A stretch of DNA of 64,000 nucleotides from Oopsacas minuta (Eukaryota; Animalia; Porifera): positions 221,204 to 285,203 of the forward strand of contig JAKMXF010000309.1 of the NCBI GenBank assembly GCA_024704765.1, given 5' to 3'. The position numbers and the translations under genes were made by a program. Under the pieces are notes generated by a model. It was given only the letters and a program-made list of their open reading frames with translations. It did no database searches and was not told where the DNA came from. Of the stretch, positions 1-12,800 are shown piece by piece; position 1 is the first letter of the stretch, and each line of letters opens with the position of its first letter.

Positions 1-390
1 ATTCAGGAGTGGATCGATTCATCATGGCGATAAATACGTGTTTTTCCAAATCTAGCAAAAAATTGCTTATTCAAGAGATTTTTCGTAGAATACCCCACTT
101 ATAAAGGTTAGTTTCTATGGAAATGAATAAAGCTGTACCAAAAATCCCATTTATAGAGACCTCACTCATAGAGGTTACACTGTAACTAGATCGTTTACAT
201 TTTGTAGGAGTTCAAATTACCGACTGTAATTTCAAAAGTCAGAAATAAATTTTTGGCGAATACAAATTTTTGAAGACCCCTCAGAAATTTCAAATAATTC
301 ACAAATTACGTAGTTTTTACCGATAATTCGTAAATATAACACAATACACGTCAGAGATAGTAATAATACATAGAGTATAAGCTTATCAAT

Positions 391-780
391 TCAATCTTGT
401 GGATGTGTAGAATAATACTCGATCCATTCATCTAGCCATTCCTGTTGTATCGGTAACAATTCCAGTGTTTTCGGGTGTGGTGGCATGTTCCGTTCATGTA
501 GAGTACCTCCTACAGCCCATGGAGCTATGTACGGCTGTGGATGTTGGTATTTGAAGAACTCACCCTCTGCTTTTTTAAGAATTGACTTGGCTAATCGTGG
601 GTCTTTTACGTCTTTAAATTGATCGAATACTACTCGTAGTCTAACTGCATTATCTCTCCATTTATTACGGTCCATGTCCCATGATAGAATATGGTTTAGA
701 CTTTTGCGGTAAAGACGTGTTACGCGTTGTCTGTGACTAATCACTTTCTCTAAAGGACCCCAGATGGTGTATTGGGTCAT
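391..780 (-). CDS. NDUFB9: NADH:ubiquinone oxidoreductase subunit B9 (B22, LYR family), single exon
   Basis: 129-aa ORF; HRQRVTRLYRKSL (LYR-type), EFFKYQHPQPYIAP and GGTLHER match the NDUFB9 signature. Confidence 0.93.
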   Translation of the reverse strand: MTQYTIWGPLEKVISHRQRVTRLYRKSLNHILSWDMDRNKWRDNAVRLRVVFDQFKDVKDPRLAKSILKKAEGEFFKYQHPQPYIAPWAVGGTLHERNMPPHPKTLELLPIQQEWLDEWIEYYSTHPQD

Positions 781-1034
781 TGTACAGCTTTATATCACTG
801 ATTGCTAATTATTTGGAAATAACAAAAGGTTGTATTAATCAGCTATTTAACCATGGAATCCCAGCTATATTTTATCAGTTAATAACCATGGATGGCGGAT
901 TTAGTTTACCTTCTTTTTTGGATGTTGTTTTTGGTCATTTTGAGGCACTCCTCGATTCCTTGGAGGGAAATTTACATACTTACCAACATCCCGTTTTTTT
1001 GAAACCACAATTCGAAGATATTCTTACCCTCAGT

Positions 1035-1150
1035 CAGTGGCGGCGCTAGCCAGCTGCTACTGCTGTGGTACAGGTTATTAAACTGGGGTATACTTAAATT
1101 AATGTAATGAGGTGGGGCACAGGCCTTATCTCCACTCAGGGCCGCCTCTG
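1035..1150. mobile_element. hAT-type MITE
   Basis: TIR CAGTGGCGGC / GCCGCCTCTG (1 mismatch), flanked on both sides by an exact 8-bp TSD CCCTCAGT (1027-1034 and 1151-1158). Confidence 0.8.
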
Positions 1151-1233
1151 CCCTCAGTGCCACATACGTATATATTAAAGTTGCATAAATCAAGTGAGCG
1201 TATAATAATGAGTAACGTTAACATTAGTAAAAT

Positions 1234-4200
1234 CTAATGTTCTTTTGGCATATCTTTCTGTGTATTAGATCTTGCACCAGAAACAATATTTTGACGCCTT
1301 TTATTAATTTCATGAAAGATGCTAGCCTCACTCAAATCAATAAGATCCTTACTTCTTGTCAACGAGAAATTCGTATCTAAAACATCACAATTTCCTGCGG
1401 TTTCTAACAACTTTTCTCGGAGAATGTTTTGCGCATCGTTGACATGTTCACTGATCAAATTATTTTGAATTACTTGCTTTTCTAATTGTTTAGCGTGTTC
1501 AGAAACTTTGTCCAAATTTGTGAGTCTATCTGCTTCCGCAATTAAATTATTCCCAGCTTTCTTGACCTCAGCATTGGCAATGGCAATATCCGTTTCATGG
1601 ATGTTTTCAGTGAAAATTCTCGGTACCTCTAACGCACTTTTTAACACTTTATTATGCTGGAAATCGAGTTTATCTGATTCTAAATTTGCTTTGAATTGGA
1701 ATTGATTCAAAGCTGATTCGTTTTCATAAGCTAATTGTTGTTCAAGTGCTAATTTTCGCGATTCTATATCCAATTGCCATACTTCCATTTCCGCAAGTGC
1801 GGTTTTTGTCTCTTCATCTCTCGCTAGAATCCGTGTATTCAATTCTTTCTCTAGTTTACCAACTTCATTCGCCTTTTGCGTCAACATATGATCCATAAAC
1901 TTCCCTCTGACGTCATCCAATACATGTAATTCTTTGATTTTCAATTCGCGGTTCAGAGCCTGAATTCGTTTTCTCTGTGCATTCACCTTTTCATCTTCCA
2001 ATCTTAAAAGTCCTTTCCTATGCTCTTCCGCGTCGATAAGTTGTTGTTGTTGGCTCGCCCAGGCTTCTAATTGCGCTTTTCGTCGCTGACGTAATTGCTC
2101 AAGTTCCATAGAAGACTGTCTATTCTGTAAATACAACATTTCTTCGTCGCGAATTCTCTGCCGTTCGCGTTTTTGGTAATCAACAATGAAAATTGGATAT
2201 TTATCGAACACAGGATATGTTGGTGAGGACAATGCATTGAATTTAGTAAGGTTTTTGACCGGGCAGATTTGTGATGGGGTTGCTAGTTTAATTCGGTACG
2301 CTTCTTTAATTATTTTTATCGCAGGAACTGTATTTTTCTGGTTCAATAATATTTCAATCGCTTCAATACTGTCGCATTTCATAATAGCTCCTCTCATAGA
2401 GTTTAGAAATGATATGGCTATGTAGAGAATAAATCCTGGAGGCTGACTGAAAATATTATCCCAAATGCGAAGCCAATTTTCTCGATCGAAAACTTCCGAA
2501 AAAACTGTTTTTAAAAGTGGCCAAGCATACTGTTGACTTGTTATTTTATACGTTAACAAATGTTTGAGTAAGCTAGTGTCATGGTGAGCCAATAGGTTTT
2601 CTGTCAAGGCAAGAATGTTGATTGGGGGATTGGGGAAAAATTCGAACCATAAATATGCCCAGTTCAATAGAAGTGTAGCTGAAACTTCGAAAGCTAAGAG
2701 AGGATTGTTTTGATAAAGTTTGACAAATGGGAACACAAATTCTGGGAGATAGTCGATCTCCGCGAAAAGCGGTGTCCAATGGGAGAGTGCATTGACACAT
2801 TTTTCAAGTGCCCGCTGCAATTTTAGGCTTTTTAATGGGCATTTCACATGTAAATCCTTCCAAGCTTCATGTGGGCCTTTCTCAACTAACACAGAATATG
2901 CTTGTCGATTTTCAGGCAGTTTTAGGATATGTTTCCAAATAAACATTCGATACTTTTCTGGATATTCACCGAATTCTTTCACGATTTGAATCAACCTTTT
3001 AGAGTCTAAATTGATTCCATAACCTTGCGTATCTTGTTCATTACATTCTATATTCTCTTTAACCTTCCAAATATCTAATTCTCTCGTTTTTTCCTTGTCT
3101 TTCGAGGTTTTTTCAGAATTTTCTCTGACTTTTTGTATCACAATTTTTTTCTTTTCGAGTATAGTTTCCATATCGTAGATTCTGACAATGCCAGATTCCA
3201 TAATACAGAGACAATATACGCCATCTGGACTCAATACAAAACGTAGAATATTTTCATAACAATTTTCGTTACCAATTGGATCACGAAAAAATAACTCAGT
3301 AACAATCTCACTTGTGATAATATTAATCACACGCAAACGACCATCTTGTCCTAAAAGTACAAGAAAACTACTCGAACCACCGTCAAAATTCCGCGCCAAA
3401 AATTCCATACTTTTCACAGCAGATATTCCATGTTTTGTTGGCAATTCAAGTAACTTGATCAACTGTTGATTCTCTAATTTCCAAATGTATAAATAAGGAT
3501 CTCGACCAGCCCCAGCTAATAACTTGCCATCACGGGAAACAGCAATATAACGTAGTTTTGGGTTACGTGAAGCATCTTGTATCAATGGTGGGAGTTGTAT
3601 TTTGTATTGATGCTCAAATGATAAGCTATGCCATGTGTGTATTGAATCGTCACGAAAGCATGTGAATATTAGTGTGGAGATTGGTATGTAAAACGCGGTT
3701 TTTAGACCCACACCTTCCCCACCACTAAGCGAGCGAACTTTTGAGTATGTACGGAGATCCCATACCGTACAGAATTGACTTGTAGTTGCTAGCAGGTAAC
3801 AACCAGATGGGTGTAGTGAAAGTGATTGAATTGTGATTTTATCCTTACGGCCAAGTTGAGCGACAAATTTCGCATCTGCTATAGAATATACACGAAGTGA
3901 ACAGTCACTCAATGCAACATACAATTCACTATCTGAAATATGGTTCCATAACAATGCAGTGCAAGTTGATGGTGTAGAAGCGAATAGAAAGTAACGATTT
4001 TGTACCATTGAGAACAAATAAATCTTATTGGATTGATCTGCAATACAAAACTCATCTCCTGTGCTATTAAATGTTGCGTAGAGGAAATTGGGGTTGGAAC
4101 ATAGGCGAGTATGAGTTGGTATATATTCTGTATTGATAGATGGTAATGAGAGGGAAATCCCATTTGAAGGAGCACTGTTTTTGCCTTGACAGATGACAAA

Positions 4201-4335
4201 TAACAAGCCGTGTGTGTCAGGATATACTGTTGGTTTGTTTGAAGATCGATTGATTGTGTGAGGCAATAATCTGTGTGGTTTTTCATGCGTAGAACCTGGT
4301 TGTACATGAACTATTGAACAAGAAGGCTGTGACAT
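1234..4335 (-). CDS. TBC1D31: TBC1 domain family member 31 (WD40 + TBC + coiled coil), intronless
   Basis: About 1030-aa ORF (first ATG at 4335; the track start is a TTG); N-terminal WD40 repeats, TBC region FGEYPEKYRMFIWKHILKLPEN...YLPEFVFPFVKL...WFEFFPNPPINIL, C-terminal coiled coil. Confidence 0.92.
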   Translation of the reverse strand: MSQPSCSIVHVQPGSTHEKPHRLLPHTINRSSNKPTVYPDTHGLLFVICQGKNSAPSNGISLSLPSINTEYIPTHTRLCSNPNFLYATFNSTGDEFCIADQSNKIYLFSMVQNRYFLFASTPSTCTALLWNHISDSELYVALSDCSLRVYSIADAKFVAQLGRKDKITIQSLSLHPSGCYLLATTSQFCTVWDLRTYSKVRSLSGGEGVGLKTAFYIPISTLIFTCFRDDSIHTWHSLSFEHQYKIQLPPLIQDASRNPKLRYIAVSRDGKLLAGAGRDPYLYIWKLENQQLIKLLELPTKHGISAVKSMEFLARNFDGGSSSFLVLLGQDGRLRVINIITSEIVTELFFRDPIGNENCYENILRFVLSPDGVYCLCIMESGIVRIYDMETILEKKKIVIQKVRENSEKTSKDKEKTRELDIWKVKENIECNEQDTQGYGINLDSKRLIQIVKEFGEYPEKYRMFIWKHILKLPENRQAYSVLVEKGPHEAWKDLHVKCPLKSLKLQRALEKCVNALSHWTPLFAEIDYLPEFVFPFVKLYQNNPLLAFEVSATLLLNWAYLWFEFFPNPPINILALTENLLAHHDTSLLKHLLTYKITSQQYAWPLLKTVFSEVFDRENWLRIWDNIFSQPPGFILYIAISFLNSMRGAIMKCDSIEAIEILLNQKNTVPAIKIIKEAYRIKLATPSQICPVKNLTKFNALSSPTYPVFDKYPIFIVDYQKRERQRIRDEEMLYLQNRQSSMELEQLRQRRKAQLEAWASQQQQLIDAEEHRKGLLRLEDEKVNAQRKRIQALNRELKIKELHVLDDVRGKFMDHMLTQKANEVGKLEKELNTRILARDEETKTALAEMEVWQLDIESRKLALEQQLAYENESALNQFQFKANLESDKLDFQHNKVLKSALEVPRIFTENIHETDIAIANAEVKKAGNNLIAEADRLTNLDKVSEHAKQLEKQVIQNNLISEHVNDAQNILREKLLETAGNCDVLDTNFSLTRSKDLIDLSEASIFHEINKRRQNIVSGARSNTQKDMPKEH

Positions 4336-4449
4336 GCTAGAATTCAATATATAATTATGGTTGTATATAAATTATATGTAGCGAACCCATAAGTCATAGA
4401 TTATAAATTTCTACTGGACCTTTAGCACGAGATACACAAAATAAATATT

Positions 4450-4585
4450 CAGTCAACTCCAGTTATATCGAAGTCTTAAATTGTACAAATATGCACCCCA
4501 AACCGTAAAAGTAACATACACTTCATTAGTTACATCGAAGTAATTATCGTGGTACCTTGAGCTTTGATATAACGAGAGTTGACTG
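4450..4585. mobile_element. MITE family A (TIR CAGTCAACTC...GAGTTGACTG, TA target; Tc1/mariner-pogo type)
   Basis: Inverted termini CAGTCAACTCCAGTTATATC / GATATAACGAGAGTTGACTG followed by TA. Related copies at about 15198-15359, 17267-17425, 21681-21941, 22445-22566, 31561-31698, 34577-34734, 37622-37768, 50892-51050, 51427, 53399 and 54797. Confidence 0.85.
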
Positions 4586-4645
4586 TAGTATATAACATCT
4601 AGCAAAAGTTTTATTGATTCAAAAACATATTTGGAACATATACAA

Positions 4646-5937
4646 ATGTCTGTATCTGATCTTGAAACGTGTACCTATGCATACGAGGGGAAACTAGATG
4701 ATCTAACACAGTTCCTAACACAGAAACCCGAATTCCTAAACAAGAGAGATAGCAATGAGAGAGCTCCTATACATTGGGCTTGTTCTTCAGGAAACACTGA
4801 TATAGTCAAGATGCTGTTGGGTAAAGATGCTGAGATTAATGAGAAAGACGATTCTGGTAAATTAATATAGTAGATTTCTACAGAAGCAATCATGCAGATA
4901 TTTTGCAAAAATTCCATTCATTTATTTTTCAAAAAAATAAGATGGTTACCCATTTATTTGACAAATTGTACATGCTAAAAGCAGACCTTGAAGTGATTCC
5001 TATCGATTACAATTTCGATCACCACTAATCCTGGCTAAAAGTTATGTAATAAATCTGTATTATACTTTTACGTAGGTTGGACACCATTAATGATTGCCTC
5101 ATCAGCTGGCCATATAGATATAGCAGATATTCTAATTAAGAACAAATGTGAAGTGAATGAATCAAACCACACAGGACTTACAGCACTACACTACGCTGTT
5201 TCAAAGGATAATATTAATATTACTAAGATGCTAATAGCTAGTGATGCTGATATTAATGCTAGAGATAAGTATGGGAATACTACGCTACATAGAGCTGTTT
5301 CTATTGAGAAGACTGCAATGGTAGAGTTGTTGATTGAGGCTGGAGTTGGCTTGGATATACAGGTGATTTATTTTTTCAATCAATGCAAATAGTGTTCGAA
5401 GAAAATTACCTCCTACAGGGAGATACCCTATTTCGCATAAACGATGTGTATCCGCGTGGACTATTGACACCAAATTGGTACATACGGAATATTAAGTATA
5501 TAATTTTGGGGTGGAGATTTGCAACTGGGTATTAATTTTGTAAAAAGCCTTAAAATTGCTCACACTACAGGAAATGTCCAGACAAATATGCTCCACCATA
5601 CTACAAAAGGATAGGGAAGGTGGGCATGACGTGATCTTCCGATTATCCTAGTTGCGCTTGTGATCACCCCCTCCCAATTTTTGTCAGTATTCCTGCTTTT
5701 CGGACTGCACATATCTCGTCGAAATATTAAAAAACGGAATTTCGTCGCTTCGTGGAAGGCCAGAGTATGTAAATAATTTATTAATCTTACTAATCTAAGG
5801 ATACAAGAGGTAACACTGCACTACACATAGCTTGTGAGATAATGAATCAAGGATTAATACAACTGTTGATAGCATCTGGAGCAGACAAGGAAGTGAAGAA
5901 TAAAGAAGGAAAAACAGCTGTTCAGCTATTACACTAG
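4646..5937 (+). CDS. PSMD10: Gankyrin-like ankyrin-repeat protein (26S proteasome chaperone); exons 4646-4856, 5076-5362, 5800-5937
   Basis: Spliced ORF reads continuously across GT-AG introns; ankyrin repeats APIHWACSSG, GWTPLMIASSAG, GLTALHYAVSK, GNTTLHRAVS, GNTALHIACE. Confidence 0.8.
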
Positions 5938-6373
5938 TTTGTACTTAGAAATGAATATTAGAATTCGTTAATTGAATTATTAGTGAAGTTGAAAATAATC
6001 TGGTATTTTTTCGGTCAGGTTTTCCATTACCTGATCCGGCTGGTTAGTTAAATCTATATTACGCATTCATTAAGCCTATGGAAAAAATTTTCGTGAAATC
6101 GTGATTTGAAAATTTTTGTAAGGCGAACTTCCAAAGTATCCTTTCTTCTGAAAAAATTGCCAAATTGCAAATTTCGTCGAACTTCCAAATATCTAACATG
6201 TAGATGCGGGTATAAAAAGTGGCTACTTAGATGTACTACAAAGAATTGAATCAAGGGGAAAGAAATTGAAGCACACCACATTTAGCTCATAATTGAAAAC
6301 GCTAAATTCATAATATTATTGCTGATATTGTATACATTTATCGTCACCATAACATGGAAGAAATAGGATAATA

Positions 6374-9300
6374 TTAAAACAGTGTTAACTCTCCAATTAG
6401 GTCTTTCTGTGAAATAGTTTTTACAGAAATTCTGGACCGAAAATCTGTTGTAATTGAGCAGACCAAATGGTTGAAAAATGTTTTTTCGTTCTTTTCATCA
6501 AATCTGTCGAAAGAGTGGAGATTTTCTTGAAGTTTTAAAGTCAATGATTCATAATTTGCTTGAATTAAGCTCATTACATCATCACTCGTTAATGAGGACT
6601 TTTGATTATCCAAAGAATATTTGTCAATTTTCGGCACAAAGTACCGAACAATTGCGAGTAAATTCTGTAAGCTATCTTTTAACTTTGGAACATTTTCTAC
6701 ATACTCCACCGGACGTTTTTTCAGCACTTCGTCAATCTTTTCGAACGCATTATTTTCGCGAATTATTTCATAAAATAATTCGTCATATATTTTCGGTGAA
6801 GACAAAAATGTATCACCGTAGGTAATGAACATATTGAAAATAACCAGAATCCTATCCATAATCAACATTATATCCATTCGCGAAATGAGATAGTTTTCAT
6901 GGGATAATAAAAACCGCATCATTGTGAAGAGTGAAAACCACAAATTCGACCATTGATAGAACATGCGAATACAATTCCTGTTTTGGAAACAAATTAAGCG
7001 ATGAATAACACCCAAACATTTCAAGCATAAATCTAAATTCAAACTTTTCCTCAACTGCCCACGGATAAATTCCGACATCAAATCAAGTATGTGACCGGCT
7101 AGTGGTAAATTCTGAAGATTTTCATTGGCAGGAAACGGAATCGGAGACACCATATGCGGTTGTTTATAGAGTTTTACAGGGAAAGGGAGATTACGATCAT
7201 GTAGGATTGTTCCAGCATAATGATCTTCAGCTAAACATATTAAAATTGTTAAACAAAGCCTTGCACGCTCTGACCAATCATAAACATTATTAATCTGGAG
7301 AAACACAAGAGAAGAATACGTAAGGAAAGTGCCCATTAAGTTGACAGGTGCTTGTGTCGCAGTATTGTCAGTTATTGGTGTAGTTGGGACCGAGTTTGAC
7401 TCGGAGCGCGAAACAGATTGCATGAGGTTGTGGAATACGGCTTCTACTGCTGGACCCTGCATGCCGAATAGTGTATGCGTATGCATTAAGGCATCATTTG
7501 TACTGGTTAGTATAGATATAAAGTTCCTATTCAGATGGACAGCTTCGTACATTGCTAATAATACTGCATCGTTTGTTTTGGAGGAGAAGGAAGGTCCTTG
7601 TACTTGTATGATGTCATCTCTTTGCTGGCCTGGAACGAAACTGCCAATGTAGTTACCTGGATATTGAAGGAAAATTTTTAATCTGTGTTTTTATCAAAAA
7701 CATGCAAAAATACAGAAAAATATTATTAGAGAAAAATTTGAAAATCAAGGCATTTTGAGATTGAATTCAGGACAAAAGTATATAGTGAGTTGGAAAGGTT
7801 ATGTTTGCATGTGATAAGACAGCAGGTAAGCAGTGTTGCCAGATCAAGAACACTGTTCATAGATTTTGCTTTACATGTAATTTTGACCTATGCCAAGAAC
7901 TTGGCATGAACCAAAACTATGCATGAACTTTTCAAGTTGTAAAGCTAATAAATTCATTTGTTTTGATTGTACCTAATCTTGACATAACTCCAGAAGATTG
8001 CTGTCTTTTCTCAAACATTTTCTCTTCAAGAGAAATATGTTCTTTCAGTGCAGAAGAAATGACACAGCCCAGCCCATTAAGAGTTAGAATATCGTCTAGC
8101 AAACTGAACTTTATCACGTATGGATGTGATGAAGCATTCTTTTTATAGCTAAGAAGTAGAGTTAGTATTAATACTGAATCATATCCGTGTTTGTCTGTGA
8201 GATCAGCTCGTGCCAGGATTTGCTAGAAACAGAAAATATTGAAATACAGAAAAGCATCAACAAGGTTTGGCAAATATTGAAATCGGTTGAAATCTCTGAT
8301 ACAAGAACATCTGTTCATATTTCCAAAAGTAAGAAAATATCGAGGAAATCTGGAAAATACCGTAAAATATTGAAAATTTCGGAAAGAACATCGAAAAGTT
8401 TTGATCTTTTTGTAGATTTCGAAATTTCAATAGCTTCTCGCTAGTACCGATATTTTCGATATTTCTTCACTTCCTACATATTGGTACAAAATGTTCCCCA
8501 AATAGTAGGCACATACATATATTTATGCTTCCAATCAATTTCCTTATATACCTTCAACGGCTCAAACACAGAAGTACTCATGAAAAATGGCAACATAGCG
8601 TTATCATTAACATCCTGTTCAGCTGTCAACATCAACAACATTAGTTTAAGACATAAGTTCTTGAGAGAGATAGGATATTCATCTGTTAGAATCCTACTCA
8701 TATTTTTAATCAAATTCTTCATAGCATCCTCATTATCAGGTGTGAAAAGTAAACTTAGAGGATCACTGGTGGATTCTGCTATTTTTTTCTTGAATGAATC
8801 TCGTATTAGAATACAGAGGGTTTGTAAAGCATTGAATGCTCGGATATGATGTTGAGCTAAACAAGAGAAATAAACATTTTCCTAATTCTTAGTTCAAATT
8901 TTGGCACCGACACAGGGCCTCTGCTTCACTGAATAAAGTTATGTCTGATAATGGGAAATACGTATACAAAAGCCTTTCTAACAAACATAGGCTCCTCGGA
9001 GTCTGAGTGGGAACAGATGGCATCATGCCTATTTGTATTATGGCGGATTCGAATCTGGGTGTACCAACCCAAAATGGCCTACTATGCTGACAAGAGAAAA
9101 CTCTCTATTATGACTATTTCTGACCTTTCCCGGATTAGGAATTTTAAAACAAGTGAAGGATTAAAATTCCGTGTCCATATCCAATTGATGTATATGAGCA
9201 CATTAACTCGTCTACAAACTCCAATCCAAAGAACCTAACCTATCGAAATATACATACGAAAAATCTTACTTGATTCCAGTTTTGAGGAATGTAGAGCTTC

Positions 9301-9663
9301 AACTGAATGCTGAAACAACATCTGCAACACATACTTAATCTCAATCAGCCTCTCCCAAGGAGTGTGATTAATCAAATTCTCCAAATGAGTTGGGTTAGCT
9401 TTGAGAAGGAAGAATTCATCCCAAAAACTTGTTTTACCTAAAACTGGATCCTCACCTCTAAACCAATCATCGTATATGGTAACTATTTTCTCACAAATTA
9501 GTTTAATTGGTGGTTGTATTGGAGGTGTAGGGTCATCATTACTGGTATTATGTTTCTGTTTGTTACTTGGTGTTAATGGCTTGTTAGTTGGTAGAGTGAT
9601 ACTGTGTCCTATAAGTTCGTCTCTGTTCTCACTTTCAGGCAATCGGGAATATACTAACGACAT
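6374..9663 (-). CDS. ARMH3: Armadillo-like helical domain protein 3 (C10orf76/UPF0668), multi-exon
   Basis: EKIVTIYDDWFRGEDP...FWDEFFLLKAN, SLKNLCLKLML, LYEAVHLNRNF, FNMFITYGDTFL...YDELFYEIIR, LTLKLQENL. Confidence 0.88.
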
Positions 9664-9833
9664 ACTCTAATAACAAGTAAGTAAATGAACTTACTTTTCT
9701 TCCATTGGATTATTTGCAAAGTTATATCATTATTAACAACCAAGTATACTTAAATCAATGTAAAATAGTACATCAAAGGTTCAATAAGATAAAAATTCAA
9801 AATATTAGAAAGTATTTGTCAAAAATTTTTTAT

Positions 9834-12800
9834 CTATTTACTAAAAACATGAAGTCGATAATGAGATTCCAGGTCCTTAATAACCTCGTCCTCAGTAAGA
9901 TTACTCCAATTTTCTTGAATGTAAGGATTCGATTGAATTTTAAAATGCTCAACAAAATCTTTCTCAAATTGACAAAGGACCCAGTGCCAATACTTAGAGT
10001 CAATAGCATCTTCACCCAGAATTTTCCAAGATCTAAATCTTGAATTAACTCTCCTGTAATGAATGAATTCATATAGCAGATCGTTGTAATAGAACCTTCC
10101 TCTATCTCTGAGATTCGTAGTGCACTCATTGTAACATATTTGATTGGTATATCTATCACGCCAGCCGCTGACTCCCTGTGGACGATGAAAGGTACCACAG
10201 TAGTGTTTATGATCACCACACGATAATTGACAAAGTTCATTACAAAATGGACACAGCTCTTCACATTCGAGGATAGAATCTGTAATTCTTTTATATAGAA
10301 AAGTTTCCAATTTAAGAGTGTCAGTAATCCATATTAACCAGTCGGTATCGTTCGCCATTCGTCGCAATTCTTTTGCAAATAGGCCAGAGAATTGCTGATA
10401 ATTTGAAATCGTGTAAAGGTCTAATACATCTAAGTCATTGTATGTAACATCCCGAACTTTACACTTGATTTGCGTATAGAAGGACTCTTTGAACCTGATT
10501 AACATATCTGCATTGGGGCTGCTCTCGTCATCTGGACATGCATGTGAACATTCAGAAATGAAAAAGTCAATCAGAATCTCGACATTCTTACTGATATTAT
10601 TTACAACCTTCTCCATTATATCATTTCTTTTTGAGTAAGTGGTAAGGGTATTCTGAATATTCTGAGATAAATAATTAATTGGATGATAAATATATGATAA
10701 ATAATTATTAAAGTTTTTATCGCGAGCTAAATCCTTTAGAATAGTAAGAATCAGAGAAGGTCTGTCTGAATATGTGATAATATTCTTTGAGTCATTCATA
10801 AATGCTGAAAGAAATTCCCGAGAGACACTATCAGCTAACCCATTTTTCAATCCAGAGAATACAATTTTAGCAAGTTCAAGAGCACAAAGATATTCTGATT
10901 CGATACCTTCACACAGTTTACTGAAAGTTCTTCTTAGTATTTCCTCCAAATATTCAAATTTTAGATCAAGACTTGTTCTTGAAAGAAATTCGTCTTGGAT
11001 TTTTTGAAGCATTGGGATAGCTTTACAACAATTGAAAAATATCATATCATAAATAAAATCAGTTGTAAGTTCTAGGGGCTGTTGAGAAACTTGTTGTTGA
11101 GTAGAATTATGTTTACTCAAAATTTGGTGACAAATATCAATAATAATTAGGAAATAATTAGGGTCGTAGGGACTCTGATTCTTCAAAAGAGTTGACAAAT
11201 AATCGTCAATTTTCCTTTCACATTCAGAACTCAAAATACTCAATATAATTTTAAATTGGGCATTGCCAACGTCTTCCTTTGATTCCTTAGAAAAGATCGA
11301 TCGAATATATCCAATGCCCAATCTTACCTTTGACACCATATCGTGAAGATAATAGTATGAATTAGATGTATTTTGAGGTTGTAAACTCGATAAATGTTGG
11401 AACTTTCCATTTCCAATATTAACAAATTCATCGCAATTAGAAAGAATCATTTGTTTGTCAGCTAGCACATTCATTGCTTTTATCAAAGGGGAATCGATAT
11501 AAGCCTTCTGCAGGTCTCTACTTATGTCACATAATTCCACTTTTTCAACCTGGATTTCTGATTTCCACTCATCCCAAATAGAATTAAATCTTGACTCAAC
11601 AAGAGATTTGTCACTTAATGATTCTCCTTTTTCTATAGTCTCTGTAAATAATTGATGTACTTTTAATAAAATTTCTTTACGAGATCTGACAAAATTTTCA
11701 TCCATTTTTTTCTTATTTTTTTGAAGTTTGTAGATTGAATTTAAATCTTCTTCCATTTTGTTGGTATGTTTTTCCCGCTTACATTGAAAGTAATTTTCAG
11801 TATTACCCTTCCATTGAGAATAAACTTCTACATTGTCATGAACAACAAAATAATTTTGTAGTAGATCTTCCTGAGTAGTAATTCCAATTGAAGGAGTTAA
11901 TTTTTCTTGCTGTAAATTTGAAACTAAGTTGGCACGAATCTCATCTAGCTCATCAAAATCAGCATTGAAGAGTTGGTTTATAGATTCTGATTTTGATTTA
12001 TTAAATAATTGAATATATGAAGAATGCCAAGAGGAAATTCTACGATCCAGTTCGAACCTTGAAGTGACTTCAAGGGCATTTTTATAAGAAAAGATAAAAT
12101 TCTCTTCCAGAACAGATTTCCAGAGGGCCTCAAGTTTTATCGACCAATTCATGACTGTTTGAAACTTTTTATTTGGAGTGTTGACAAAACAAGTTAGTAT
12201 ATATTGTCTGAGATTCGCTGCCTTCTTTGAATATCCAATGGAAACTTTATTCAATGGAGGTTCGCCTTCGAACAAACCTGGAAAATAGAAAACTTCTTCA
12301 TTTAGATTGAATTCGATTACGTCAGTGAATTGCTTGTAAAATAAGTTCTTATTTTCTTGTTGTGCTGCACATTCAGTCATCTTATCTAATGTCTTAATCA
12401 GATTACTTCTTGCAGTTAGAAGATTAGTATGGGCATGGGTATCAGGCACATTCTGATGCACAAACATACATCTTGGTTTGATATATGATTCTTTCATTCG
12501 AATGAATGCAAATATGATAATTTGTAAAATGTCCTGAACTTCACCATGTCCCTCTCCATATAAATTGATAATAGTCATATCTCCAAGGCCTATCGCAATA
12601 GTGGCAAGTTCATTGTCTCGCCTATAAGAAGAATCGATTGATAATTCTGGTGCTCGTAGTCCTTCAGTATCAAGTAGGACGAGGTAATCATATCCCAGTT
12701 TAGTGCGAAGCATAGATTCAATTGGAATTAATTGCATGAATATACCGCGTGTACAGCGACCGGAAGAAACAGGAAACTTAGCCCCAAACATAGTATTAAG

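Noticed and set aside
9670-9705. 28-nt GTAAGT...TTAG micro-intron upstream of ARMH3 with an upstream ATG
   Set aside because: Splicing it puts the upstream ATG out of frame with ARMH3 and gives an early stop; there is no support for a coding role
9830-10264. 144-aa ORF overlapping the VLIG 3' end in another frame
   Set aside because: No recognisable motifs; a low-complexity alternative frame of a real CDS
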